Shown here: positions 13,001-24,991 of the stretch, in pieces
How the letters are laid out: every line of letters begins with the position of its first letter
Position numbering within the stretch: the first letter of the stretch is position 1
Assembly: GCF_006345805.1 (NCBI RefSeq)
Contig: NC_043006.1
Location: 83,080,001-83,144,000 of the forward strand
From: Octopus sinensis
Lineage: Eukaryota
Reading direction: 5' to 3'
Length of the DNA: 64,000 nt
Notes under the pieces: generated by a model
The model's input: the letters and a program-made list of their open reading frames with translations, nothing else
Told to the model about the DNA's origin: nothing
The model's database searches: none
Made by a program: the position numbers and the translations under genes

Positions 13001-13447
13001 CTGTTCATGTTCGAGTTTGAGCCAACACAATCTGTGTGTGCTGCACATATTGTATTAGAGTCTCCTAACACTACTAGTGAATGCGACGTGGCTAGGAACT
13101 TTCCTAGGCCACGAAAATATTCAGTTTGCGGGCCAATAATGTTTGGTGCGTAAATAGCCACAACTGAATGTCAAGTCGAGAACGACCAGCCTGCCTTCTG
13201 GGTCAGAAAAACCAACTTTTTCTCGGCTACCCGGTTTCTTTTTAGTAGGACCAACACCCCACCCCCACCTCCCGCCCGACTCAGAGAAACGTATTTCTCG
13301 TAGCCGTTCAGGAGGGGGAGCAGATCTCTTGGCCCCTTCACCCGGGTTTCCGTTGCAACAATTACATCCAAATTTCTCGACCTGATGTCATTGCTTCCAG
13401 CTTGACAACAGGCCGTGAACATTTAAACAACCAATGTGAATAGCCAT
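10079..13447 (-). CDS. LINE ORF2 (APE endonuclease, reverse transcriptase, CCHC finger), disrupted
   Basis: ATG at 13447 (MAIHIGCLNVHG), ATETR, VAIYAPN, VLGDSN, YLDRILI, SDH; RT motifs SPGLDG, RPITLLN, QGCPLSPLLY, FADD in the 914-aa frame 10417-13161; CPRCGG..ETVPHAIVQC split by a shift at the G9 run near 10465. About three shifts in the endonuclease region plus this one. Confidence 0.92.
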
Positions 13448-13458
13448 CACTTACCTGT

Positions 13459-14986
13459 TTAATTAGGATTGTCCGGTGGAGGGGGACCCTCCACCTTTTT
13501 TTGATCCAGGGTCGGAGGTGGACGGTCTTGGGAAATAGATTTGTCAAAATCCCGTCTCACCACCGACACAGAATTATCAGGTGGAGGGGGAATCTCCACC
13601 TTTTCCTTTTCTCGCGGGATCGGAGCTGGTAATCCCTGAAATATCGACTTGTTAAAATCTAATCTCAATGAAGATACAGTCTTTCTGTACTTATTTTGTA
13701 GAATTCTATAAGTCTTATTTGAGACTTCATATATGTCGTAATTGATAAATTCCTCTGAAAGGTTATCAATTTTTTTACAGTCTTTATGAGTTGAATGTCT
13801 CTCATGAGCTCAGTATCTTTAGTGTATACGGCTATTATGCCTTTTTCTTCTTTTTCTCTTCTGGCAGTCTTTTTTGGTCGTTGTTCTGTAGTAGTCGCCG
13901 CTCTCGGCTGGTTGCTGGTTGTATTTTTCTTTTGTTTGTTGTTTTTTTCACATCTGTTTCTTCTTTATCTTCTTCCTCTTTGTCTTTTTTCTCCTCTTCC
14001 TCCTCTTCTTCATTTTCCTTGCAGTTCCTTCGAATGTGGCCTAATTGACCACATAAAAAACATCGAGGTTTTCGGCCCTCAACAAACACCACGAGGTTCT
14101 CCTCCCCTACCTCAATTGTCTCAGGAATTGTTTGAATTATTTTAGGGTCCGCTTGAATGAGAAGATTAATTGTTTGACCATCCCAGCGTGGGTTTTCCGT
14201 AGCGGTAGCCTGGAGGAGAGTAATTTTTTCTACCTCTTTGATTAGGACTGCCGCCAACAACCACATATGTTCGACCTCTGGCGGGACCCTTGTAATTTTT
14301 ATTCGCGACGTCCTCATCCCCCTATAATAGGGGATTAACTCCACGTCGTTTGTTTTCAGCGTTTCAACTGAGTTCTTGTTTGCTATTTCTTTATTGGTGA
14401 ACCTTACTTCCACCGTTCCGAATTTTTTTCCTCTTCTCAGAAATACTACGTCGCCCAATATTGGCTTTAAGCACTTTTCTATTTTCTCTTCTGACATTCT
14501 TTCAATTTTTCTTTTTTGTAGACAATATGTTTTGAAAATTATTGTTTTTTGCTTTTCTTCCTGTAATAACTTTTGCGGAGGTTCAATTTTCACACCGTTG
14601 TCAGTTATTTCCATCATTTTGCTGTATTTCATAATTTCGCTTTTATTCGCCGACAGTATCTGGGTTCCACACCCAGCAGCCAACGCAAAACTTTTTTTTC
14701 CATTTTTTGGTTCTATCTGGATGCTAGGCACATCAATTATTCTCTTCGACACAATGCCTTTGTTCTCTGGCAAAGTCGGAAACTCTTCTGGTGAAAGTTC
14801 TGACGAGCTCTCAGACACATCTCCAAAAATATCAAATATATTATCCTCTCTGCTATCCCTTCTTGTAGCGGGGGAAACCCCTATTTCCTTGTCTGTATTT
14901 GGCTCCTCGCCGGACATGTATTTCCTCCTCTCAACAGGAGAAACAAGTATTTCTGCTCCAACGGTAGGCTCCATGCTAGACGACAT
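13459..14986 (-). CDS. LINE ORF1 (nucleic-acid binding, zinc knuckle), frameshifted near 13835 and 13790
   Basis: First ATG at 14986; CFLCGQLGHIRRNC (CX2CX4HX4C) followed by an acidic/basic tract; reading resumes in other frames (GIIAVYTKD.., KKIDNLSEEF..) and ends in a Pro-rich tail with TAA 11 nt before the ORF2 ATG. Confidence 0.85.
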
Positions 14987-15153
14987 TCTTCCCCCCAAAG
15001 GGGGAATGAACAACGCGTGCTACCACAAGCACTAAGTGTTTTCAATTGAAAACTCCAACAGTTAAGTTATTCAACAGTTTAACAAGAAACAACAGTTGTT
15101 AACAATATTAACACCACGAAACAGCAATTCTTACTTCACGAACACATGTGCGA

Positions 15154-15210
15154 CAGACGAAATACGGCTACGCATTTCAACCGGCGTGCTAACGGTTCTG
15201 CCAGCTCACC
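15154..15210 (-). mobile_element. SINE family A host copy, 5' head (A box), including the right TSD copy at 15154-15166
   Basis: Minus strand ggtgagctggcagaaccgttagcacgccggttgaaatgcgtagccgtatttcgtctg; joins 9651-9834 into one normal SINE when the LINE and one TSD are removed. Confidence 0.92.
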
Positions 15211-15399
15211 AGTCTCGCAATACCGTCCGGCCAAAAGAGGACTGTGCCAATGGTCTATCCGGTAAACAAATTGGTTCCATTTGACACTGAAATATCTCAC
15301 AATGTCCCGGTTATAATGAAGGAATCTCAAATGTACAACATTTCCAAGAACTCTGCAATAGCAACAGTTCTCTAACAAACTTGCCTCATTGTTTGGAAT

Positions 15400-16250
15400 G
15401 AGTGCACTAAGTCACGTCATGGAGCTCTAGAGGTACTTGACCATACCCTCCAAGACATAAAACAATAGCATGCTCATGTGAAGAGTAACAGTTCTTGCAA
15501 AGCACCGTGAGAGCACTTCTACAAGATGATCGTACGAGCTCTTTAAGATTAGTAATGGGATATTAACATTCAACCCAAGACACCAGCTACATGAAAGTAC
15601 ACGCGATCAATTGATACTTTCACTTTGGGATCTTATGGATAAAGTATTTCCTAATTTATCTGTCAAATAAACTGATGTAAACTATGTGAAGGAGCTATAC
15701 TGGCTCCAACTAATGAAATGTTTGATAAACTCAATCATGAACTTTTTCAAAAGTTAAGACACAACAGTCGATCGAGATTGAGTTGTTCGATACTCTGTTG
15801 AATATTTCTGAACACACTTAAACCCACTGGGATGCCACCGCATAACTTGACACTAAAACTGGATGCTTCCATTAGGTTGCTTAGGAATCTTGACTCATGT
15901 CACCTGTGTAATAGAACGTAATTAATTGTTATAGTTCCATGAAGTCTCATTTTCTACAGACAACAATCATAACAGTTAGTCACAAAGGAGAAAATGTCTT
16001 TATTCCAAAAATTACTCTCATGCTTTCAGATGTGCCATTAGTATTTAAAACGCTTCAGTTTCCAGTCAAACTAAGTTTTGGTATTTCAATTAACAAATCT
16101 CAGGGTCAGTTCCTCAAGGTAGTTGGACTTGATCTCTCTAATACATGCCTCTGTCATGGCCAACTCTATGTTGCTTGCTCGCGATTTGTAAGCAGTAACA
16201 ATGTATTCATTTCGACACCAACAAAGAATTACACAAGGTTTTTAGGTTTA
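15400..16250 (+). pseudogene. Helitron RepHel PIF1-type helicase C-terminal remnant
   Basis: Fragments LEVLDHTLQDI, AILAPTNE, LNTLKPTGMPPHNLTLKL..IRLLRNL, and FPVKLSFGISINKSQGQFLKVVGLDL..HGQLYVACSR (helicase motifs V/VI); multiple frameshifts. Confidence 0.85.
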
Positions 16251-17589
16251 AACAAAGAATTGGCCAAAATCGCTCCGAAATGGGATGGCGAGGAATTTCA
16301 AAAATTTCATAAAGAGATGCACCCCATCATTTCGAAGGCTGCGTTTAAATAAAATAAAAACACCCGAAAGACATGGACACAGTGAGATTACTGCCCCAAA
16401 TCTCATCCAAGAGGCTTTGCCATTTTTGTGGCTTACCAACATCACGTTCTCGAACCGGAGCTGAGATTTATATGCATATAACGTTCAAACTATATGCAGA
16501 TATGCCTGGACAATGCATACGTAAGAATGAATTCAAATATAAACTAGACGCAGCGTTAATATAATAAACATTATCAGCCACATATACTTAACCCACAATC
16601 ACCTTGTATTTGCCGGTATACCGCGATTTAGCTTGGCGGAGAATTATTGATCGCATGTACTCAGCGTATGTTTTTTTGTTCAACGAGGTTGCTGCTGTAT
16701 AATGCACAACGTGTTGGGGGAGTAGAGCCCAAGCACTATACTGCAGCGAACCCGGCGAACAAACATGACACATACATTGAGCATGTGCGAGTGATAATGT
16801 TTAGCACTGCTTTTCATTCTTCATTGAAATTTTATACGAGATAGAGATGCACACAAACACAGAAGTGGGGTGTACACATACAATGCATCTTCTTTTACAT
16901 TTAGAATAGGTAGTGTGGTCGTCCGTTTTAACCGATCGAGTTAACCAATGCTATGTATAATTACAATTTAATACCCCTCCTAGAAAATACTGAGTATTTT
17001 CCTTGTGATGCATATTGCTTTATTAAGATTTGCAGCGATACATTTATGAAGGTATTGAACTTAGCTCTATTGGTACAATTTCGTTTTAATGGGGTTTTTT
17101 TGGCAACATATCACACACAGTACTTTTAATTATTATAGTTGAGCAACTCGTTAGTGCACGTTTTATTACTGAATACTTTCAACCTATATCGAAGTATGTT
17201 AAAAGTAAAATCGGTCATTTTTCTTCATCCGTGCCTTTCCAGTTTCAATTGAGTGTAATCCTCATAGAAGAGACAGCAGTAAACTAATGAAAGTGACTAC
17301 GTAAATAGTTCTTTTGTTATTCATTAAACGAGATTATAAATACACACACACACACACACACACACACATTCATATGAATATCAATCTGAGCATTCGATAC
17401 ACAAGAGCTTCCCGCTCAGAATTCTCGAAAAAAAAAAAAATAACTTCCTCAAACGCTAACTTTGGTGCAAATTGAAACTCATCTGCTAGTTGATCGATAC
17501 GATTATTTAACTGAGTCTGCGTTCAAGGAAGTTTAAACAGAATGAATGCTGGCATACTTTAATACTCTTTTCTACTATACCTAGTATTT

Positions 17590-17930
17590 TCGGAGAGTCT
17601 AGTAGACTACATTGACACTACTTCCTCCAATGCTCAACTGGTACTTATTTCATCGACTCCTTAAGGATGCAAGACAAAGTCAGCCTCGGTGGAATTTAAG
17701 CTCAACTCAAAACATAAAGACGAACAAAATGCCGCTAAGCATTTTGTCCGGCGCGGTAACAATTTTAAATGATTCCTTCGACACCAATGTTCAAGTCGTA
17801 CTGACTTCAATGACCCTGAAAAGACGATAGACAATGTCGACCTCGGCGGAATTCCAACTCAGAATGTAAAGGCGGACAAAATGCCGCTAAGCATTTTGTT
17901 CGCTTGCTAACAATTCTGCCAGGTTTCCGC
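17590..17930 (-). mobile_element. Two adjacent decayed SINE family A copies
   Basis: Two repeats of gacctcggcggaatt(t/c)..aactcagaa..aaatgccgctaagcattttg. Confidence 0.75.
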
Positions 17931-18574
17931 CTTACTTACTCTAATCAATCACTATGTTCTACAATGGAAGCAACTCTCTTCCCACAGTAAATTGAAGCCT
18001 TTATCCATTACATAATATGAATTGATCGAATCAAACGCCATTCTTAACCTTCAACTTTTTCTATCCAAATTCTTTTGTAATCGAATATTTACACGCTATT
18101 TATAGCTTCATGTTCTTCGAGGTGTCCCATAAAGAAAAAGAAACATACAACAAAAAATACAACACCCTGTGAAAAATGTATGAACTTCCACAACTGAAAT
18201 GAAAGTTGAATTCAGTTTTTCTTTCCATTTTACTCCAGCATCAAGAGGTCGTCTAAAATAACCGGTACATACTTCTATTTTTCCATGATAAAGCATTTTA
18301 GTCTTTTTTCTTTCGTTTATATATAACACTAACACCTATAGTTTACTATCTGAATACCGTAAACAAAAAAGAGAGAAAAAAAACCAACGCAACTATCATT
18401 CATTGCATCGACAACCACCGAATTTCTTTTGTACTTTCGCTTCTAACCTTGTTTATTTTAACATTCATTAACTAGATTCGGCTGCTTTTCTATAAAGCAA
18501 AATAGAGGTAGGTATGTGTGCGTGTGTATAATAACACCCTTAACATTCGATGGCTAAAGTTATTGGTACTATAC

Positions 18575-19145
18575 TTTTCTACTCTAGGTACAAGGCTCGA
18601 AATTTTGGGGAGGGAGCCAGTACGCAACTGGTACTTAATTTATCGACCCCGAAATGATGAAAGGCAAAATCGACCTCGGTGGAATCTGAACTCAGAATGT
18701 AAAGACAGAAGAAAAACCGTTAAACATTTCGCCCGGCGTGCTAACGTTTTTGCTAGCTCATTGCATTAATTATTGGTATCATAGAACAACTTATTTTCTC
18801 CCTTAAGTTTCTGCGAATGTCGACTTTGCCTTTCATCTTTTTCGGGGTCGATAAATATAAGTACCACTTGATCATTGGTGCCAATGTAGTCGACTATCCC
18901 GCCCTCGGTCATAATTTCAGATCTTGTGCCTATAGTAGAAAGAATTGTTCAAGGCGGAGAGCCTGGAGACTTGTAACTGCACCGGACAAAATGCTTAACA
19001 TCTTCATCTCTACGCTGTAAGTTCAATCACCACCGAGGTCGGCTGTCGTTCAGGGCTGATGAAATAAGTACCAGTTGAGCCTACTGGGGTTGATCTAATC
19101 GACTTACCCATCCCTTCAGACTTTCTGGCCTTACACCAAAATTAC
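18575..19145. mobile_element. Cluster of SINE family A copies (18575-18770 minus; 18820-18950 and 18990-19145 plus)
   Basis: Body motifs atttatcgaccccgaa, ttcggggtcgataaa, aagtaccagttgagc. Confidence 0.75.
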
Positions 19146-19504
19146 TAGTAGCGTTGACTAACAAAATTTGTTCTTTCCATCTAGATACTTGATTTTATTC
19201 ATTAGCCATGCGACTGCTTCACATACGGAGGCAGAATCTGGTCATGAATTAAGATGAGAAAAATATCTGATTTGAATGTAATAACGGTTTGATAATATTT
19301 AAAAACTTCGAAAAATTTTTGAAGTGAATTATTTCCAATATGCAACAAAAACAGGAATACAATGCGATTTCAGTATTTCAAGAAGTATGGCATGGTGCCA
19401 AAATTTAAAATCACTATTTCGGAAAGTAATTGCGTAGTTTAATATTGGAGCAATATATCCTCACACGTCTGTGTACATGCATATCACCCCATTTGTAATA
19501 AGAT

Positions 19505-21265
19505 TTAGTATTCTTCGATCTCTTCTTCCCCATCAGTTGTGTCAATACCAACTTTTTCATAATCTTTCTCCAGAGCAGCCAAATCTTCCTGCGCTTCAGA
19601 GAACTTTCCTTCATCCACATAATAGTCAACAAGATCTAGCTTGGCATACATTAAGTAAAATTTGTAATTTCGACGTGCCCAAGCTTCAGCAAAAGTTGTC
19701 GAATTGCTCAGGATACGGTCAGCCTGCTGGACCTTGGCCAGGTCTCCTCCAGGGACAACGATTAGAAATTGGTAATTGATACCAATTTTAAACCCTGTTA
19801 GGCACCAATTTAAAAACTGAATGGATTTTGTGTTTTCGTTTTAATTGTTGCAATAGCAGCATTAACCTCTTCCGAGACGACATCACCTCGGTTCAACAGA
19901 CAAGCCATGTACTTCCGACGGCGAGGGTCACATTTACATGTGATTACAGGGTTCAAAACAAAAATTTTGTTATTTTACGTTTAACTGCTAATGCAACACT
20001 TTCTTAACTGATATTGTAGGTGCATACGTAAGTATTGGGAAATGAATCCGTGGACAAGCTAACAAATTGGTTTGAAACTCAGTTAAATCAACATGAAGAG
20101 ACACATCAAACCTTAAAGAAGCAGTAACGGAGCTCACTATTTGAGCAACTGGACGATTCAAATTCTTGTACGTTGAGTAGACAACATATTAACGTCTTCA
20201 AGAATAAGAGTTAATATAGAATTGTACGGTTCTACAACAGCTGCAGAAATTCGTAGTGCTGGACTGACTGAAAATTTAAGTTCCTTTTTTGTTTTTTCCC
20301 CCCAAGTCAAAATCTCCATTAAAAGAGATGTAAAACCAGAACTAGTGCCACCATCGAAACTATAAAATCCAGAAACCTCGGAGGCCGGAGAATTTCAGGA
20401 TTGGCTCACATACCAAACCACTTTCGATATTGTATATCGACTCCTGGCATAGTCATTTGCTGCATCTTACCACTGATGGTTTGATTCGAGTAAAATTTTC
20501 CAACAGGTACTTCATCTGAAAAATAAGATATTGAGCAACAATTACACCATATCAATTAAAAGGTTGTTCTTTTATCAGAAGAAAAAAAGATGTAGAGATT
20601 ACTAAATATTTTTAAGCATAACTCGCTTTATTCAGTTCGATCTAATAACAGTTCTAACTTCCCCAGTATTTTGGTTGACATAATTTCACAGAATATATTG
20701 CTATCATTACTTACAAATAACGGAAAAAATTTACAACAGAATTTTGCTAATCAACACATTTAACTGATTTTGAAGTCAACTTATTTTACTATAGTTATCT
20801 GTTCTATTGTGCAAAAATTTTGAAATATTTTCCAATATTTAAAAAAAATATTTATCTAGCGATGTTTGGGAATATGACAAAGAAAAAAAAGAGCCACTGC
20901 TTCACCTCGGCACAAGATTGAACTCTCTTTCCAACAGAAAAGCTAATACAGAAGATTGATTTAACAAAACATTAAATGCGTGGGTTGTCAATTCGTTGTT
21001 TAATTTAATCCTGTAATGAAAAATATATGAAACGTTTATACTTACTAATAACCGTGGGTCCTAAATAGATGAGTATGGATCTGGGGATACGTTTCCTAGT
21101 GCCTAAGTCAAGGAAGAACTTGCTTGTCGAAACAGTAACACCAGTAGATCCTGCAAATGATAACTCGCCATTTGGCTGGATATCATGCTCCAAACAATAC
21201 AGCTCCCAGTACGTGTCACCAATCTGGACTTCGGCCTGACCAGTGTGGGTATTGATGCATTTTGT
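19505..21265 (-). pseudogene. TUBA: Alpha-tubulin unprocessed pseudogene (exon 21046-21265, intron 20516-21045, exon 19505-20515)
   Basis: Translates to TKCINTHTGQAEVQIGDTYWELYCLEHDIQPNG..LGPTVI|[111 protein letters not shown] intron; many deletions, frameshifts and stops. Confidence 0.93.
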
Positions 21266-21308
21266 CTGAAAAAAATTGTATAATAGATTTACTCTACTAG
21301 AAGCTGAG

Positions 21309-21721
21309 GGATCTTTTCTGTTTGACCGGCAGTTTTTACCATAATTTCTAGGTAACTAAAAAAAATTTAAACTTCGTATACTGCTAGAATGTGTTTATAA
21401 AACATCTTTTTCTCTTGGCTTTGAGAAAATTTTATAGTTTGTAAGATATTTGTTGTTTTTCTTCAATTTCTACAATTTCAACCAATCAGTGACGTCTATT
21501 GAGGTAAAAAACATTGTGCCGTATGAATATGTCCCTCGTTTAAGAAACAGATTGGGTTTATTTACATTTGTGAAGAAAAAAAGATACCCTTCCCCCACCC
21601 CTAACCGTAACTAATCCTAATACAGATTGAAATGCAATAGATCGATACTAGGGTCATAATTATAGGTGACAAGTTCATATGACACCGCTAGAAAAAACTG
21701 CCGTTCAAACCGAAAAGATCC
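21309..21721. mobile_element. MITE with ~29-bp terminal inverted repeats
   Basis: ggatcttttctgtttgaccggcagttttt ... aaaaactgccgttcaaaccgaaaagatcc; lies 43 bp upstream of the tubulin codon-2 acceptor. Confidence 0.85.
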
Positions 21722-24700
21722 GAAACTAAAGCTATCGGACAAAAGTGGCAATCCAATCAAGCCAAAGAGGGAGCCTTGTCTGATAGAAATACCAACCGAG
21801 TTCCTTCATATCTTACTCTGTCGATTTACAAAAATGTTTCACTATAGCAAGCAATGTTTAAATTTAGAAAACGAAAGGATAACTGGAACGCCATTGAACA
21901 TAAGCTTTGGAAAACAAGTATTCTGAGGGTTAAACGACAAGCATACAAAAGTACAGAAAGAAAAAAGAACATTTGCACAATAACTGAAACAAGTCGCTTT
22001 CCAGGAGCTAAAAAATAGCAACACAAAAACGTAAATCCAATTGAATTATTCTGCACAGACAAATGTTTTAGACGGTTTACATGGATAGCAGTGTTTAAGT
22101 TTGCTGTTCAATTTCATTTTTAATACCTCTTTAAAGATATTTTGAGCAAGTATCTTTTAGCATAGCTGTGTCAACCTTGTAGATGAAAATAGCTTTAGTG
22201 GACGTCAGTCAAACTATATCCCAAATTTGAGAGCCCAAGCTGGTTATAAAGGTTACCCATTGGACCTGCTGGAGATTACCTAAAGAGGCTCAAAAGATTC
22301 CGAAATAATCAGCAACCTACTCGTTAAGTTAAATATTTAGATTTTGGTACCGTGAGAACCCCGGGTCTATTAAGATGTGCGGTGAACATGGAAAACTTAT
22401 ACCCAGTACATATTGAAGTTATATAATAAAAATACTATATTAAATAACTGAAGAATATTAATAAAATCTGACAAACGAATTATTTAAATTCGAAAATGAA
22501 TTTAAGATTTCTCTTTAAATTAGGTAGTTCTGAATACAATTTTATGACTAGAAAATGGGTGTTATTAATGTAGACAGAATTAAAATTAAAGACCGTTCTA
22601 TAATACAAAATATTTTGTAGGTTAAATGTGAGCACGAGATTTGAGTAAAGAGGCAATAATATTTTCAGTAGGAGAACATCTCTTTGTTATAAGGTTCGAA
22701 ACTCTTTCGGAAAGGTTTCCCAGTCGTTGTCGTCGTGTATCTCCGGATCAAAATGCTTTAACGTCCTTAAGAAACGACACACCTACTAGAATCATATAGC
22801 TTGTTTTCTAATATTTTTAGAGTTGTCTATAAACTTCGGTGTTTCTCACGTAATACAGTAGACTGTTATGATTATTTTTGTCTATATTTCACAAGTCGCT
22901 TTACGACCTAGAAAAGAATTCAATTTTAAAAACACTTAGAAACATTTACTGAAAAAAAAAAACAACACGAATAAATTTGAATAAAACATTTTCTAAATGT
23001 TATTGTATTCAAAAAGCGACTCCCTATAATCATGTAGAATAACAGATTAGAATAAAATGATAGCAAACCATTATTATAGCGCCGCTTGTCTGTCTTTTGA
23101 AAGAGTAAAAAATAGCAAGAGGGTTGCTGTAATTTCTCAGTAAATTCACTTATTTGCAGTATAATCGAGAAATACTGTTGGCCTTGATCTTGCTATAGAA
23201 ACTAATATTTGTTATTTTCCCCTTACTCTTATGCTACTCCTGATTAATAAATGGTGATAGCATGTTCGAAGGTCATTCTCAAACCGCAGTGTGATTTTGA
23301 GGGGGTAATCGGTCATTTTTTATTTAATGAGGGGTTTCTTTTTACAAGTTTAACACCCCCATAGCTACAAAACTAAACGGAATGTTTCATATATATACAT
23401 ATATATATATATGAGTAATTTCATTAACGAATAAAGAGAAAGAACTGAGATTTAATGGCTGTAAATAATGAAATAAGGGTAAAAATAATATTTTGGCCAT
23501 AAATTCTCAATTCAATAATTTTCGGCGTTGTTGAAAATATTAACATTCTTCAAGTTTTAATCGAGAAATTATTATTTATTCCCTGTTTTAATTTATTCAG
23601 TATTACGGTAGGTTATACTTTTAACCTTCATAAGTCCCTGCTAACGGAGCATCTCTCAAATTTAAATCTATAAAAGAACAAGGGAAATGCTATCTAAACG
23701 CAAATATATTTCAAATGAATTTGAATTACCTTACTTTTAGTTTTCAATTGTGAAATATGTGTTTTGAAGATGAATTAATTTCCCAAACTGAGAATGACGT
23801 TTTAGTTTCAATCTCCAGCAAGAATCGCTTTAATTCATTTAGTTTACTGATGTCAATGATAGACATTACAACCGCCTATTTTTTTATATTCCTCCTACAA
23901 AATTAATTTGAGTCTGGTATATATGTCTAGCATTTTAAAAGAGTTTAACCTTAAATACAGAAGCAAGCAGAATCATACAACTCGGCATACATAATGGTTT
24001 TTGGTATTTTCCCACATCCCTACACATCTAGTATGAAATCCTATGATAGTTATACCTTCTGTCCGTCTGAATCATTAAGATATAATCATTCACGAAGCAC
24101 GGGGGATCATTTAATTTTGGGGCCTGTTAAAATATTAGAAATTAATATTTTTAAAATACATATTAGTTTACATTTGTTCTATGAGAATTTTGATCTGAAG
24201 CCAATGTGGACAGAGACAAACTGCATAGGATCATCTTGGTTCGTATCTAGATACAGTATTCTGTAGGGCAGTAGATAGGGATAGCATAGGTTGACCACAT
24301 TTCAACATCACCGTCTACACAGAAAGCAAATTTGTCATCTATACGGTCGACCTAGATAAACGTCGTAAACAGTAAGCCGGTTTTCGTAAAATGAACGCTT
24401 CATTCCAGGCGCGAAAAGCTTATACAGGCCGGATTAGTGAATTGCAGGTGGCGGCAGAATTACTAAGAGCGACGGAAAAAATACCCCAAATTTTGAAAAT
24501 TTTAGAAAACATTACATGGAAGTGTTAAGCGAAGAGATTTTAACCTCTTCTCACTTAAGCTGGAACCGTCTAAGGACCGACTGAGACCTGGATCTCTGTG
24601 CTCCGAGTTCAAATCCTACACAGGTCAATTTGCCTTTCATCTTTCAAGGTCGATAAATTAAATAATAGCCTGATTGTATAATGTAGATAATTCTCATGAA

Positions 24701-24769
24701 CACTCGTATGTAGCTCTTTCTAGAGCGTCTTCACTTCTTGACATACAGGTGAACTTTGCAGAATGCAGT

Positions 24770-24991
24770 TGGATAGAAACGTTAGCACGCCGAGCGAATT
24801 GTTTAGCAGGATTTCATCTGCCGCTACGTTCTGAGTTCAAATTCCGCCGAGGTCGACTTTGCCTTTCATCCTTTCGGGGTTGATAAATTAAGTACCAGTT
24901 ACGCACTGGGGTCAATATAATCGGCTTAATCCGTTTGTCTGTCCCTGTTTGTCCTCTCTGTGTTTAGCCCCTTGTGGGTATTAAAGAAATA
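24770..24991 (+). mobile_element. SINE family A with Tx1-like tail
   Basis: Head remnant, B box, body, tail gtttagccccttgtgggtattaaagaaata followed by ggtat. Confidence 0.85.

Larger units (their letters stand above)
9835..15153 (-). mobile_element. Full-length Tx1-clade (L1 group) non-LTR retrotransposon
   Basis: Two ORFs (CCHC ORF1; APE endonuclease, RT and C-terminal zinc finger ORF2), ~170-nt 5' UTR, ~245-nt 3' UTR ending gggcaataaagaaatt, exact 13-bp TSD. Tx1 assignment rests on motif style (YAPN, YLDRILI, SDHKMV, GSGYWKL, LDQSKAFDRVDH), not on a phylogeny. Confidence 0.9.

Noticed and set aside
13838-13850. Programmed -1 frameshift at the ORF1 break
   Set aside because: G_AAA_AAG is not a canonical slippery heptamer, and a second shift follows within ~60 nt; mutation or sequencing error is simpler.
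16250-16352. Extension of the helicase ORF (KELAKIAPKWDGEEF) as a possible captured gene fragment
   Set aside because: The helicase similarity ends near 16250 and I cannot recognise the rest; too short to call.
18108-18335. 75-aa minus-strand ORF downstream of the tubulin pseudogene
   Set aside because: No recognisable protein motif and no clear exon boundaries.
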